Shown here piece after piece: positions 28,907 through 39,419 of a DNA stretch of 64,000 nt. Source of the DNA: Bdellovibrionales bacterium (GTDB lineage: Bacteria > Bdellovibrionota > Bdellovibrionia > Bdellovibrionales > JAUICD01); assembly GCA_965262715.1 (NCBI GenBank), contig OZ253553.1, positions 608,001 through 672,000 of the forward strand, in the 5' to 3' direction. Within the stretch, counting starts at the first letter, position 1. Each line of letters starts with the position of its first letter. A program made the position numbers and the translations under genes. The notes below the pieces were generated by a model. It searched no databases. It was given only the letters and a program-made list of their open reading frames with translations, and was not told the DNA's origin.

Positions 28907-30736
28907 TTAGACTTGTACAATTGGGATTTGAAATTCGCTTTGCAGCTCTTTCATAAGATGACTTGAAAATTCTGAACGTTTACTTTTACCTAAAAGGATT
29001 GTTTTTATATCCATCTGTCTCTTAAGAATTCCGATACCTTCCAACAAATCACCAGGAAGTGTTTTAACTGTTAATACCATACTTCTAGAAGCATAAAGAG
29101 GAACAACTTGTTGCAAAATAATTCTTTGTAGAGATTCATAAAAGAAACCTTCGTTGTGTTCATCAACATGGAAGACAATAAGTTCAAAGGGATCTCCACG
29201 TTTATCTTTGAGAAGATAGTTAATGGCTTTAGTGATCAGGTATCTCATTCCTGTTCCTCCAGTACAAAGAACATATTTAGTAAGTTCTGTTGGAAGTTGT
29301 TTTTTTTGAGAGTAATCGCCCAATCCTATATGTAGATCTGAACGATCTTCTAATCTTTTTTCTAGAACACCCCATCTATAAAAGGCCATGACTAATAAAA
29401 TTCCTAGTAAAAGTTGGAGTCCCATCGCTTGTGCACTTGCAGAAGAAAAAAACATCAGGACAATTTGAGCTATTAAAAGTACAACTCCAGAAAAAAGAGG
29501 AATGACAGGAAAAATTATACCTTTAAAACTAAAGGTTTGCTTTGTAAGAAACTCTACTGGGAGGTGTCTTGGCTTTTTACGATTTCTGACTAGAATCACT
29601 CCAATCACAAAGCTAACCATGACACTTATAAAGGCCATTTCGTAAACTCTAGCAAGAACCTTAACCTCTCCGGGAACAATAGCGACCATAACCAAGGACA
29701 TAAGCATAAAAGGCAAGGCAATTAGAGGATAACCATCTATCCAAGCAAAATTAGGAGTCAATCTTTTCAATAACCATTGAGGCAAATTACCTTGTTGGGC
29801 CATGGTTTTGGCAAGACCAATAAAACCAACAAAGGCTGTATTCACTGCCGCAAATAAAGTCAAAGCAGCATCTATCACAACAGTAATCATAAGGGCTTGA
29901 CCGCCTAGTTTTAATCCAAAACTGGCTAAAAGAAAATCTTTACCTTCAACAATTTCACTTTCAGAAAGGATAGCTAAGCAAAGAAAAGAAATAAATGGCG
30001 CTGTAAAAGAGACAAGTAAAATCACAGTTGTGTAAAGCATACGAAGTGTATTGAGTATAGGTGGTTTTAATTCTTCTATAATTTGTGCAGCTGACTCAAA
30101 ACCTGTGATACCTAAAAAGGCTCCTGCAAATCCGTGCATCAACATAGCAAAGGTCAATTCAGAGCTAAGAGTTATTTTGCTCATTTTGGCAAAGTCAATA
30201 TCCTGCCAATTCCAAAAGATAAATCCTGTTCCCCAAATGACGAGTATAATGAGGAAGGCAAAATGTAACCCAGAAATACCAGTGATCAGTTTGGCAGGCT
30301 CTTTAAGACCTTTGCAGTTAAGAATACCAAATAAAATAATAGGGATAGCAGAAATCAATACAATACTATCTAGGGATATACTTTCACCCATAAGAGAAGA
30401 TATATAAAAAGCACCAGAAAGAGCGCTGACTGTAGCTGTTGCTAAATAAGAGAGGATTGTTAGCCCTCCTGCTAACACTCCAGACCTGCGTCCAATACCT
30501 CTTAAAATCATGGTGTATGCACCACCATTGTGAGGGCTCAAAGCCAATCCCTCTTCATAAGTTTTTTTGAAAGCCCACATCATTAAGCAGATGAGAAGTA
30601 TGAAAAAAGGAGATAAATATCCTACATAACCAAAAAGTAGACCCGTACTATAGAAAACAGATGTACCAATATCGGCACCTACAATCCCTGCCCCAAGAAT
30701 CCAACTCAATCCCGCATTATTTTTGGTGTTGTTCAA
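28907..30736 (-). CDS. APC-family amino acid/ion permease with soluble C-terminal domain
   Basis: GADIGTSVFY, NGGAY, FLGITGFESAAQ; about 12 hydrophobic segments. Confidence 0.85.
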   Translation of the reverse strand: MNNTKNNAGLSWILGAGIVGADIGTSVFYSTGLLFGYVGYLSPFFILLICLMMWAFKKTYEEGLALSPHNGGAYTMILRGIGRRSGVLAGGLTILSYLATATVSALSGAFYISSLMGESISLDSIVLISAIPIILFGILNCKGLKEPAKLITGISGLHFAFLIILVIWGTGFIFWNWQDIDFAKMSKITLSSELTFAMLMHGFAGAFLGITGFESAAQIIEELKPPILNTLRMLYTTVILLVSFTAPFISFLCLAILSESEIVEGKDFLLASFGLKLGGQALMITVVIDAALTLFAAVNTAFVGFIGLAKTMAQQGNLPQWLLKRLTPNFAWIDGYPLIALPFMLMSLVMVAIVPGEVKVLARVYEMAFISVMVSFVIGVILVRNRKKPRHLPVEFLTKQTFSFKGIIFPVIPLFSGVVLLIAQIVLMFFSSASAQAMGLQLLLGILLVMAFYRWGVLEKRLEDRSDLHIGLGDYSQKKQLPTELTKYVLCTGGTGMRYLITKAINYLLKDKRGDPFELIVFHVDEHNEGFFYESLQRIILQQVVPLYASRSMVLTVKTLPGDLLEGIGILKRQMDIKTILLGKSKRSEFSSHLMKELQSEFQIPIVQV

Positions 30737-31099
30737 AGTATCTTAAATTCCTTTTAAGTTAATTTTTTTTGACAGATAACCTGTTTTTAATAGAGTCATC
30801 TTAATATATATAAATTTTTTTGTGTGCCTATATCAGTTATAACCCATCATAATTGTGTAGTGATGTAGTATTTCTTAAAGATATGCTTAAATCTTACTTT
30901 TGTAAGGCTTATGATAAAAATAAGATAAAAGTCCTTGATTTAAATATATTTTAGTAATAACTAGTCACTTAATATAATAATTCATAATAATATCTTTTAT
31001 TATTGATATTTATTTTTAATGTATAAGGACATTTTTATAAAGATTCAAATAAAAAAATACAATAAATTTATTTTGGTATTTTTGATGAGGTAACATTTT

Positions 31100-32218
31100 A
31101 TGATTATTGGTATACCCAAAGAGATCAAATTAGGAGAAAGCCGTGTAGGAATCACTGAGTTGGGTGTTTTCCAAATGGTTAAAGAGGGGCATAGGGTTTT
31201 GATTGAAAAGGATGCAGGTGTAGGAAGTGGTATTTCTAACTCCTGTTATGAAGAAAATGGTGCTGAGATTGTAGAGACAAAGGCACTTGTTTACAAACAA
31301 TCTGAGATGATTGTAAAAGTTAAAGAGCCTATTTCTGAAGAGCATGATCTGTTACAAGAAAATCAAGTTCTATACTGTTACTTACACCTTGCTGCAGAGC
31401 CTGAACTTGCAAGTGTTCTTTGCCAAAAAAAAATAAAATCTATTGCTTTTGAGTCTATTGAAGATGATCAGGGAGGCTTACCTCTTTTAGTGCCTATGAG
31501 TGAGGTGGCAGGACGTTTGTCTGTTCAAGTAGGTTCTTATTTACTGCAAAAAAATAATGGTGGTAAAGGGGTTCTATTAGGAGGTGTGACAGGTGTACAT
31601 CCAGGAAAAGTCACTGTGATAGGAGGAGGAATTGTTGGTATCAATGCTATTCGAATAGCTGTTGGTTTAGGAGCTTCTGTCACTGTCTTAGATATTGACC
31701 ATAAACGCTTAGAATTATTAGATCACCTTTACAAAGGTCGTATTGTGACTTTATATTCCAATGAAAAAAATATCTTTGATACAGTGGTGCACTCAGATTT
31801 GGTCATAGGGGCTGTATTGATCCCTGGCTACAAATCTCCCCGCTTAGTGACAAGAAAGATGGTTGAGATGATGGAGGAAGGGTCTGTAATAGTAGATGTT
31901 GCAGTGGATCAAGGAGGATGTATTGAAACTTGTCGCCCAACTAGCCATGTCGATCCCACCTATGTTGTTAGTGGTGTTATCCACTATTGTGTGCCCAATA
32001 TACCTGGTATCACCCCTAGGACATCGACTTACGCTTTATTTCATGCCACATCTCATTACATGTCATTGATCGCTCGTGAGAGTATAGAGGGAGCTGTTAG
32101 GCAAAATCACTATTTGAAGAAAGGATTAAATACTTATGGTGGCCATATCACTTATGAACCTGTGGCTAAAACCCTCAATAAGAAATATATCTGTCCAGAC
32201 AAAATTTTCTCTAAATAA
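31100..32218 (+). CDS. ald: Alanine dehydrogenase
   Basis: [50 protein letters not shown]. Confidence 0.97.
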   Translation: MIIGIPKEIKLGESRVGITELGVFQMVKEGHRVLIEKDAGVGSGISNSCYEENGAEIVETKALVYKQSEMIVKVKEPISEEHDLLQENQVLYCYLHLAAEPELASVLCQKKIKSIAFESIEDDQGGLPLLVPMSEVAGRLSVQVGSYLLQKNNGGKGVLLGGVTGVHPGKVTVIGGGIVGINAIRIAVGLGASVTVLDIDHKRLELLDHLYKGRIVTLYSNEKNIFDTVVHSDLVIGAVLIPGYKSPRLVTRKMVEMMEEGSVIVDVAVDQGGCIETCRPTSHVDPTYVVSGVIHYCVPNIPGITPRTSTYALFHATSHYMSLIARESIEGAVRQNHYLKKGLNTYGGHITYEPVAKTLNKKYICPDKIFSK

Positions 32219-32577
32219 ATAGCTATTTTCATTTAAAAGCTCTAAATGAATTCGTAATGTAATTTTTACATACTTATTGTTCTTTAAAGACTGAATATCA
32301 TGTAAATATTATATATTTAGGATATTTTATTGTATTGGGAGTGTTTAATCATAGCCTAGTAGTAAAGAAAGATTGACAAGTAGGGTATCTATGGATATAT
32401 CGAGATAACTTTCAATTTTATAACTTGCGATATTTCACAATTCACAATATTGACTTAAGTGAAATATTGTTTTGGCTTAACAGTGAGGTTTACATCTATT
32501 TAATTAATTAATGAATTGAATTTTTAGTTCATGTGAAGATAAACAAATTTTTAAGTAAGTATTAAGGGAGGTTACAT

Positions 32578-33183
32578 TTGGACTCATTAAATGGTGAAAA
32601 AATGCAAGAAAATATATTGATTCGATCAAAAAGTCAGTTAAAATCTCAAAAGCAATTGCAATCTCAAAAGGGTTTATCGGGTACTGAGAACATCACTAAG
32701 GTGATCAAACGTTATCAAAATAGGAAGCTTTATGATACTCAAAAAAGTCGTTATGTCACTTTAGACGATATTGCTCGTATGATACGTGATCAAGTCCATT
32801 TAGTTATCATTGATAATAAAACTAAGGCTGATATTACTGGATCTACTTTAATCCAAATTATCTTTGATGCAGAAAAAAAGAGTGATATTTGCGCTCCTTT
32901 GTCTGTTTTGTATGAGATCATTCAGACAGGCAATGGTAGTATGTCTTCTTATTTTGCAAAATTAGATATTTTTGATCCTAAACAGGAAGCGCCTGTCCAA
33001 GAGTATGTTTATGATTTGATAGCAGAAAAAGGACCTCGCTCTTATGATAATAATAAAGCGTCTTGTTTATTAGGAGAAGTGCATGCTTCTGATCATCAGG
33101 AAACAACGGTTTTAACACCTGGTCATCAAAATCACTTAGAAAAAATCACTCCTCTTAAAAATAATACTCACCGTTCGTTTTAA
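32578..33183 (+). CDS. PHA-accumulation regulator (PhaR-like) DNA-binding domain protein
   Basis: IKRYQNRKLYDTQKSRYVTLDDI...IDNKTKADIT; GGGAGG RBS before TTG. Confidence 0.85.
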   Translation: MDSLNGEKMQENILIRSKSQLKSQKQLQSQKGLSGTENITKVIKRYQNRKLYDTQKSRYVTLDDIARMIRDQVHLVIIDNKTKADITGSTLIQIIFDAEKKSDICAPLSVLYEIIQTGNGSMSSYFAKLDIFDPKQEAPVQEYVYDLIAEKGPRSYDNNKASCLLGEVHASDHQETTVLTPGHQNHLEKITPLKNNTHRSF

Positions 33184-33275
33184 TAGAGTAATTGGGAGCT
33201 GTTTGCCTTTTAAGAGCTTATTTATATAAACTATGTCAAAATACTTAAGGTTTATTTTTGAGAGTATGGAAGTTG

Positions 33276-34370
33276 TTAATTAAATTGCCCGAGCAAGTTA
33301 TTTATAATACTTACAGCTTGCTCAGCCTGTGAACGTACTGTTGAGTTATGGTCTTGCTGCGCTATGTTTTCTAATTTAACCTTAAGGCGTCGATAGAGAA
33401 AAATATTTCCATCTAGATGAACATCATTTCTTTGTGCTGAGGCTCCTTGACGTTGACGGCTTTCTGCGACTGGATTATCATTTGGCCTAAGATTGGATTG
33501 TGCTGAGTCAACAGCTATTTTAATTGCCTTTAGCCTTACATCATCTTTTGGAGAATTAAGAGCGGCTTCAATTATACTGAGGTGACCTGGCTGTGTATAT
33601 GTATTGAAAGCATCGATGATTCTGAGTTGCACTCCTTCATGGTGATCACTGTCAGTAATATGAACAAGGTGGTCAAAACTTTCAAAACTTGGAGTTTTCA
33701 TAAGAGCTATAATACCATACTGTTTTAATTTTTCTCTAAAATTTGTGAGCAACTCTTCAATCACAGTGTAAAACAAGTCGCTTGAAATCTGTTGTGATAA
33801 ATAAGCATTGGTGAACTTATCTATACTTGCTAAGGAGTGAGCACTTACAAAATAGGCTATCCATTCTTCAATTGTAGCAAATTCTTCAGTAGTATTATTT
33901 TCTCCTGGTAGATGACCAGTATATAATGAGCCAGAAACTCCTGCTATTCCAGAAGAGTTGGGAGACTCGTTGTTGTATTGTTCTTTTGCAAGATAGGAAT
34001 TATCAGTTTCTATATCTGTATTTTCATTGTCTTCTTTGGTTTTCTCTTCTTCTTCATTTTCTTTTTTATTTTCGTCTTTAGTTGCATGTTCTTTGTTATT
34101 TTTTGTTTCTGTAGCAGCATTTTTATTTTGTGCTTTATTTTTCTTTCTAGCAGCCCTTTTGTTTCTATTTCTTGATCTAGGATCTTCTTTATTTCCGAGT
34201 CCTGTATAAAGTCCTAGTGGCTCATTTAAAAGCTTATCTGCACGTGTGTGTTCAACTTTTTCTTGTTGCTTGGAGGGTTCAGATGAAAGAAAGAAATTAA
34301 AAGTGTAAAAAGCTATCACTGTTAAAATGATGCCTGTCAAAATTCCTTTTTCTTGCTCATTTAAGTTCAT
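33276..34370 (-). CDS. Membrane-anchored protein with HEAT-like C-terminal repeats
   Basis: One N-terminal TM segment, charged linker, ALNSPKDDVRLKAI and DHNSTVRSQAEQA motifs. Confidence 0.6.
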   Translation of the reverse strand: MNLNEQEKGILTGIILTVIAFYTFNFFLSSEPSKQQEKVEHTRADKLLNEPLGLYTGLGNKEDPRSRNRNKRAARKKNKAQNKNAATETKNNKEHATKDENKKENEEEEKTKEDNENTDIETDNSYLAKEQYNNESPNSSGIAGVSGSLYTGHLPGENNTTEEFATIEEWIAYFVSAHSLASIDKFTNAYLSQQISSDLFYTVIEELLTNFREKLKQYGIIALMKTPSFESFDHLVHITDSDHHEGVQLRIIDAFNTYTQPGHLSIIEAALNSPKDDVRLKAIKIAVDSAQSNLRPNDNPVAESRQRQGASAQRNDVHLDGNIFLYRRLKVKLENIAQQDHNSTVRSQAEQAVSIINNLLGQFN

Positions 34371-34398
34371 AAGACACTCTCCTTTAATAAATATATAC

Positions 34399-34413
34399 GC
34401 AAGAACAATGCCA
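34399..34413 (-). promoter_or_regulatory. Sigma-54 -24/-12 promoter
   Basis: Minus strand TGGCATTGTTCTTGC (GG-N10-GC) about 30 nt upstream of ATG 34370. Confidence 0.65.
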
Positions 34414-34530
34414 AATATATAACATGCTAAAATAACTAAGTTTTTTCTATTTCGCCCATTTTTCTCACTGTCATATTTTTAGACACACTTAGGTATATAA
34501 AGGAATAGGCTTTGATAAAAGTGTGTTAAA

Positions 34531-35457
34531 GTGTATGGGTTTAGTGAGGAATTTGAGATGACAAGCCATGAAGTTCATTTAAAAGGGCTTTTAGAGCAAG
34601 CTTTAGAGAATATGGGGGCTTTTTCTAAATTATTGACAGAGATTGACAATTTAGGCGTGCATATTTTGGAGTATGAGCAATTGCTTCAGCCACCTAAATT
34701 GGCATTTCGTGTAGGGATAACAGGAGGCATGGGCGTAGGAAAGTCAGTATTGGTCAGTCGTTTTATAGAACATGCAAAGCAAGAAAAATTAAAAGTTGGT
34801 GTTTTAGCAGTAGATCCAACCAGTCCTTTTCGTGGGGGGGCTATTTTAGGTGATCGTATCCGTTTATCTTCATCTCTTCCTTTAAGTAATAATATTTTTT
34901 TTCGCTCTATAGGTTCAAGGGGGAGTTTAGGAGGACTCTGCGCTCAAGCTTACTTAATGTTAAGAGCTTTTGATTGGGCTGGATTTGATATTGTCTTCGT
35001 TGAAACGGTGGGAGTAGGGCAAACAGAGTGGGAGGTAATGAATGTTGCAGATGTTGTCACATTGGTTTTGGTTCCAGAAAGCGGTGATAAAATACAATTG
35101 ATCAAATCTGGACTGATGGAAATTGCAAATATTTTTATTGTTAACAAATCTGATAGGCCTGGAGCTGATTTATTGAAGACAGAAATTTTAAAAAATGCCC
35201 AATATGATGATAACCAAAAGGTCTTTTCAACAATAGCGATTAAGAACCAAGGAATAAAACCTATTTTCGATTATTTTTTAGAAATCAAAAAACAGGGTCA
35301 ATTTCAAAAGCAACGTTGGTCTAAGCAAAGACTTCAAGCAGAGGCTAAGGCTCTTTTACGTTTAAAATGGGAAAAGGAATTTTCTAAGTCTCTTTTGAAC
35401 ATCGCCACTTGTGAAGACTTAAAAACTGCTTTACTTAATCCATCTAATATAACTTAA
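34531..35457 (+). CDS. meaB: MeaB/ArgK family GTPase
   Basis: GITGGMGVGKS, AVDPTSPFRGGAILGDRIR, SRGSLGGL, ETVGVGQTE, NKSD. Confidence 0.92.
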   Translation: MYGFSEEFEMTSHEVHLKGLLEQALENMGAFSKLLTEIDNLGVHILEYEQLLQPPKLAFRVGITGGMGVGKSVLVSRFIEHAKQEKLKVGVLAVDPTSPFRGGAILGDRIRLSSSLPLSNNIFFRSIGSRGSLGGLCAQAYLMLRAFDWAGFDIVFVETVGVGQTEWEVMNVADVVTLVLVPESGDKIQLIKSGLMEIANIFIVNKSDRPGADLLKTEILKNAQYDDNQKVFSTIAIKNQGIKPIFDYFLEIKKQGQFQKQRWSKQRLQAEAKALLRLKWEKEFSKSLLNIATCEDLKTALLNPSNIT

Positions 35458-35599
35458 TAGCTGCTATTCATATATAAAACAGTTAAGTGATCTTATTGCA
35501 TGGATATCGAAGTTAACAGAGTTAAGCTTGCCCAGCTACTAAGACTTAATAAGATATATCTTGGAATTTCAACACTTTATCTCGAAATGGCAACAGCTC

Positions 35600-36463
35600 C
35601 TAGGTATTTCTTTTTCTGAAGATACCTTTAGACATTTTTTGTTGATCTTCTGAGGTCATTTCTGCACCGGATTCCTCTAAAAGTTTAACAATCTCTGGAT
35701 GAACTTTAAAAGTATACATCAATGCTGTCCAGCCATTTTGATCTCTTAAATGAACGTTTGCGCCAGATGAGAGGAGGACTCTAATAGCTTCTATATCACC
35801 TATTATGGATGCCATGATCAGAGCTGTTGTACCATGTTCATTTTGTACATCAACATCTGCATTATATTCTATTAAAAGTTTAATAGCTTTTATACTGCCA
35901 GCTATTATTGCTACCAATAGAGCTGTCACACCATGTTTATTTTTCTGGTTAACCTTTGCGCCAGATTCTACTAAAAATTCAATACTTGCTACATTATTAT
36001 TTCCTGCTGCTTCCATTAAGCTTGTTATAGCATTTCTATTTTCATAGTTAACGTCTGCGCCAGATTCTGCTAAAAGGCGAGCAATATCTAAATCATTTCT
36101 ATGAGTGGCATACATCAAAGCTGTCCAACAAGATCTTCTTCTCCGACTGAAAAATATATTTCTATCTTCCTGGTTTATATCTATATTGGTAGTGGTCAAA
36201 AGTCGAACAAGTTCTAAATCACCTTTTAAGACAGCTTTTATGAGATCATGTTTGCCTTGAAATTCACCATGAGTGAATACTTGAGTGAACAATTGATTTG
36301 GTTGAGAGGCGTGATTTCTTAATTGCTGACGTGGTTTTGTTTTTTCTTGAGTGAAAGCTTGCCTTGCTGATCGCTCTCTTATTATTGGGTTTCTCTGGGC
36401 TTGAGATGCTTCAGAGATAAAAAATAGTAAAACAAATACAATAAAATATTTTACAATATTCAC
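35600..36463 (-). CDS. Secreted ankyrin-repeat protein
   Basis: Signal peptide; repeated TALMYA...GADVN motifs. Confidence 0.92.
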   Translation of the reverse strand: MNIVKYFIVFVLLFFISEASQAQRNPIIRERSARQAFTQEKTKPRQQLRNHASQPNQLFTQVFTHGEFQGKHDLIKAVLKGDLELVRLLTTTNIDINQEDRNIFFSRRRRSCWTALMYATHRNDLDIARLLAESGADVNYENRNAITSLMEAAGNNNVASIEFLVESGAKVNQKNKHGVTALLVAIIAGSIKAIKLLIEYNADVDVQNEHGTTALIMASIIGDIEAIRVLLSSGANVHLRDQNGWTALMYTFKVHPEIVKLLEESGAEMTSEDQQKMSKGIFRKRNT

Positions 36464-36745
36464 AGTTGAAATCCTTTATTTAAAGATCATCACAATTCGA
36501 ATATTTGGGAGTGGCAATGTAAGAGCAATCAACATAGTTTATTAGAAAAAAGTATTTTTGTCAATTGAATGAATCTAAGGGACGAATTATCTCAAGATGC
36601 TTGCTATCTATTACCTTAGAAAAAGTGTTACTAAAAAGAGTTGGTCATGTAAAATCAAGCAATCTATAAGCCTGGCAAGCAAGAATTTAGGGGAAATCTT
36701 TATATAACAACACAGTCTGCTTAAGGTGTGTAAAGATAAAACAAT

Positions 36746-37600
36746 TCAATGGTTATACTCTGGAAGTATTCTTTCTTCGCGACTTTGTCGAATGATTTTA
36801 GCATTGGCAACCATTTGATAGTCTTTTTGACTAAACTCTGCTCCTCTACTATTTAAAAATTCAGTTACTTTTAAATGACCCTCAAATGTTGCAATCATAT
36901 ATGCTGTCCAGCCGTCTTGATTTCTTGCATTTACATCTATATTCAACTCATCTATTAGAAATTTAACAGCTTCCAATTTATTGTGACGAGCTGATAACAT
37001 AAGTTCTGTTGTTTTACTTTGATATATTGTAATATCATTACGATCTATTAAAAGTCTAGCAACGTCTAAACGATCTTCAATAATAGTCAAGGTAAATGCA
37101 GTGGTGCCAAAGTTATTTGTGACATCTATTGCTCCAGATGTTATTAGAAAATCAATAACTTCTATATCACTATAACGACTTGCTATCATGAGTGGTGTTA
37201 ACCCATATAGGTTTTGAAAATTAACATCTGTGTCGAGTTCTATTAATAACCTAACCATTTCTAAATTGTTGCCATGAAGCGCATACATAAGAGGTGTCCA
37301 AGAAGATCTCCTAATACGAGAAGAACTTATATAAGAAGCTATAAAACCATCTTGCACATTAAGGTTTGCACCGCGAGCTGCTAAAGATCTCACACGTTCT
37401 ACATCACCATCTATAACAGCTTTTATCAGATCATATTTGCCGTAATTTCGATCAGTAAAAAATCGAATTAAAGAAAAAGGACAATTGTTATGAATGGAAT
37501 CTGTTGTAGATCTTGCACTGTCAGTTGCTTCTGAAGGTGTTTCAAAAATAATAAAAAACAACAGAAAAGTTAAGGTAAAGTATTTCAAATAATAGTTCAT
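36746..37600 (-). CDS. Secreted ankyrin-repeat protein
   Basis: Signal peptide; WTPLMYA, LTPLMIAS, GWTAYMIA. Confidence 0.92.
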   Translation of the reverse strand: MNYYLKYFTLTFLLFFIIFETPSEATDSARSTTDSIHNNCPFSLIRFFTDRNYGKYDLIKAVIDGDVERVRSLAARGANLNVQDGFIASYISSSRIRRSSWTPLMYALHGNNLEMVRLLIELDTDVNFQNLYGLTPLMIASRYSDIEVIDFLITSGAIDVTNNFGTTAFTLTIIEDRLDVARLLIDRNDITIYQSKTTELMLSARHNKLEAVKFLIDELNIDVNARNQDGWTAYMIATFEGHLKVTEFLNSRGAEFSQKDYQMVANAKIIRQSREERILPEYNH

Positions 37601-37893
37601 AATGATGGTCTTTTTTTCTAGAGGTTGTTGGGAGGTAAGATATTGAAATTACAAACTATATTTTATTAAGCCTTTGTTTTAATCCGGCAATCAGTATCTA
37701 GTAACAGAATCTGTTTTTAATTTAGCTGAAAGTAGTGTAAAGTCAACATCAAAAGATTTAGATGCTGATTTAGAGGAGGACAGATTCAGTCTGTCTATTT
37801 TGAATAGAAGCTATCTCATTATAAAATAAGGTTTTACATTTACTTTGCAATTCAAGCAGTGCTATGAAACTTTACTTTTGAGATGGTTAGTTT

Positions 37894-38898
37894 CTAATAT
37901 GTCGTACGATCTATAAACATTATTCCTGTTTTATCATTACTGTATCGGTGAAGATTTCTTTCTATTTCAGCATTGTCAATAGTTTGATGGTCTCTTTGGG
38001 TGAATTTCATTCCAGTCTTCTGACTTAGGAAGTCAGTAATCTCTGTGTGGTGGTAAAACCTTGCTGTCATAAATGCTGTCCAACCAGCTTCGCTTCTCGC
38101 ATTAATATCTATATCTGGTACATTCTTTACTAGAAATTTAATGATATCTATATAATTATGATAGGCTGCTAATCTAAGTGCTGCTGAGGCATCTTTGATA
38201 ATTGTCTCTCTCATTAAGTCATCATGATTTTCTGCTGCCACTTTTAAATGATTTACTAATAGAAAATTAGCAATATCTGAACGACCTGCATCAACAGCAT
38301 GTAAGAATGCTGTTTTACCAGTGTTATCTCTGAGGTGAGTGGCTACACCAAACTTAGGGTTTAATAAAGTCCTAACCAATGGTAGGAGGCTATGACGACT
38401 TGCCAGCATAAGTGCTGTCATGTTATTTTTATTTTGAGAATTAACATTTACGCCAAGTTCTATTAATAACTCAGTCATCTCTAGGTCATTCATATAAACT
38501 GCATACATAAGAGGGGTCCAAGAAGGTACTCTAGAATAAGAGCTTATACGAGAAGCCATAAAACCATCTTGTATATTAAAGTTTGCACCGCGAGCTGCTA
38601 AAGATCTCACACGTTCTAAATCACCATCTATAACGGCTTTTATCGGATCATATTTACCATAATCTCGGTTAGTAAAAAGTCGAATTAAAGAAAAGGCGCA
38701 ATTATTGTGAGTGGAAAAATTTGCTGTAGGTTTTGCACTGTCAGTCGCTATTGCTGATGATTGATTTGATTGTACAGTGTTTGATGGAGTTTCTTTAGAA
38801 TCTCTATTTAGTACTTGCCATCTTAATTTTTCCGCTTGAGATGTTTTAAAAACAAAAAATAACAGAAAAACTAAGGTAAAGTATTTTAAATAATTCAT
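37894..38898 (-). CDS. Secreted ankyrin-repeat protein (paralog of 36746..37600)
   Basis: Shares KAVIDGD.ERVRSLAARGAN.N.QDGF with its neighbour; ankyrin motifs. Confidence 0.92.
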   Translation of the reverse strand: MNYLKYFTLVFLLFFVFKTSQAEKLRWQVLNRDSKETPSNTVQSNQSSAIATDSAKPTANFSTHNNCAFSLIRLFTNRDYGKYDPIKAVIDGDLERVRSLAARGANFNIQDGFMASRISSYSRVPSWTPLMYAVYMNDLEMTELLIELGVNVNSQNKNNMTALMLASRHSLLPLVRTLLNPKFGVATHLRDNTGKTAFLHAVDAGRSDIANFLLVNHLKVAAENHDDLMRETIIKDASAALRLAAYHNYIDIIKFLVKNVPDIDINARSEAGWTAFMTARFYHHTEITDFLSQKTGMKFTQRDHQTIDNAEIERNLHRYSNDKTGIMFIDRTTY

Positions 38899-39124
38899 AT
38901 TATAATCCTTTTGCTTTTATATGACTACAAAGATAACTTCCCCCTATTTTCAGTTAGTTAAGATGTTTGGCTAAAAGAACATCATCTGTCAATTATTTTT
39001 TATTTTTTTTTCAACTCATATACTTATATTATGCTTATTAATTAAGTAATTATGTAAAATTTACAAAAATATATAATTAAAGTTTTGTATTTTTTACATG
39101 AAAGTTACATAGCAAGTTATCGTT

Positions 39125-39415
39125 ATTCCGGGGCCCTAGCATTCAGGCAAACTGTTGCTGAGGTCTCGGGAAACTGGTGGAAGTTAATTAAAATACCTGA
39201 TGCCAGATATCAGATACTGGTGCCGGATTGCCAGAACCCTGGAAAATTATTAAAATAGATTAACAGATAAAATTATTTTTAACTATTTAAGAAAGTCTTT
39301 ATTGTTCTAGGATATGGGAGTCTATAAAACCGGTTTCTGGGAACTTAATTAAAATATCTGATGCCAGATCCCAGATACTGTTGCCCGAATGCCGGACTGC
39401 TAGAATCCCGGAAAA
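39125..39415. repeat. Two adjacent REP-like repeat copies
   Basis: TTAATTAAAATA.CTGATGCCAGAT..CAGATACTG...GCC.GA.TGC.AGAA.CC.GGAAAATTA occurs at about 39180-39248 and 39340-39418. Confidence 0.75.
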
Positions 39416-39419
39416 TTAC

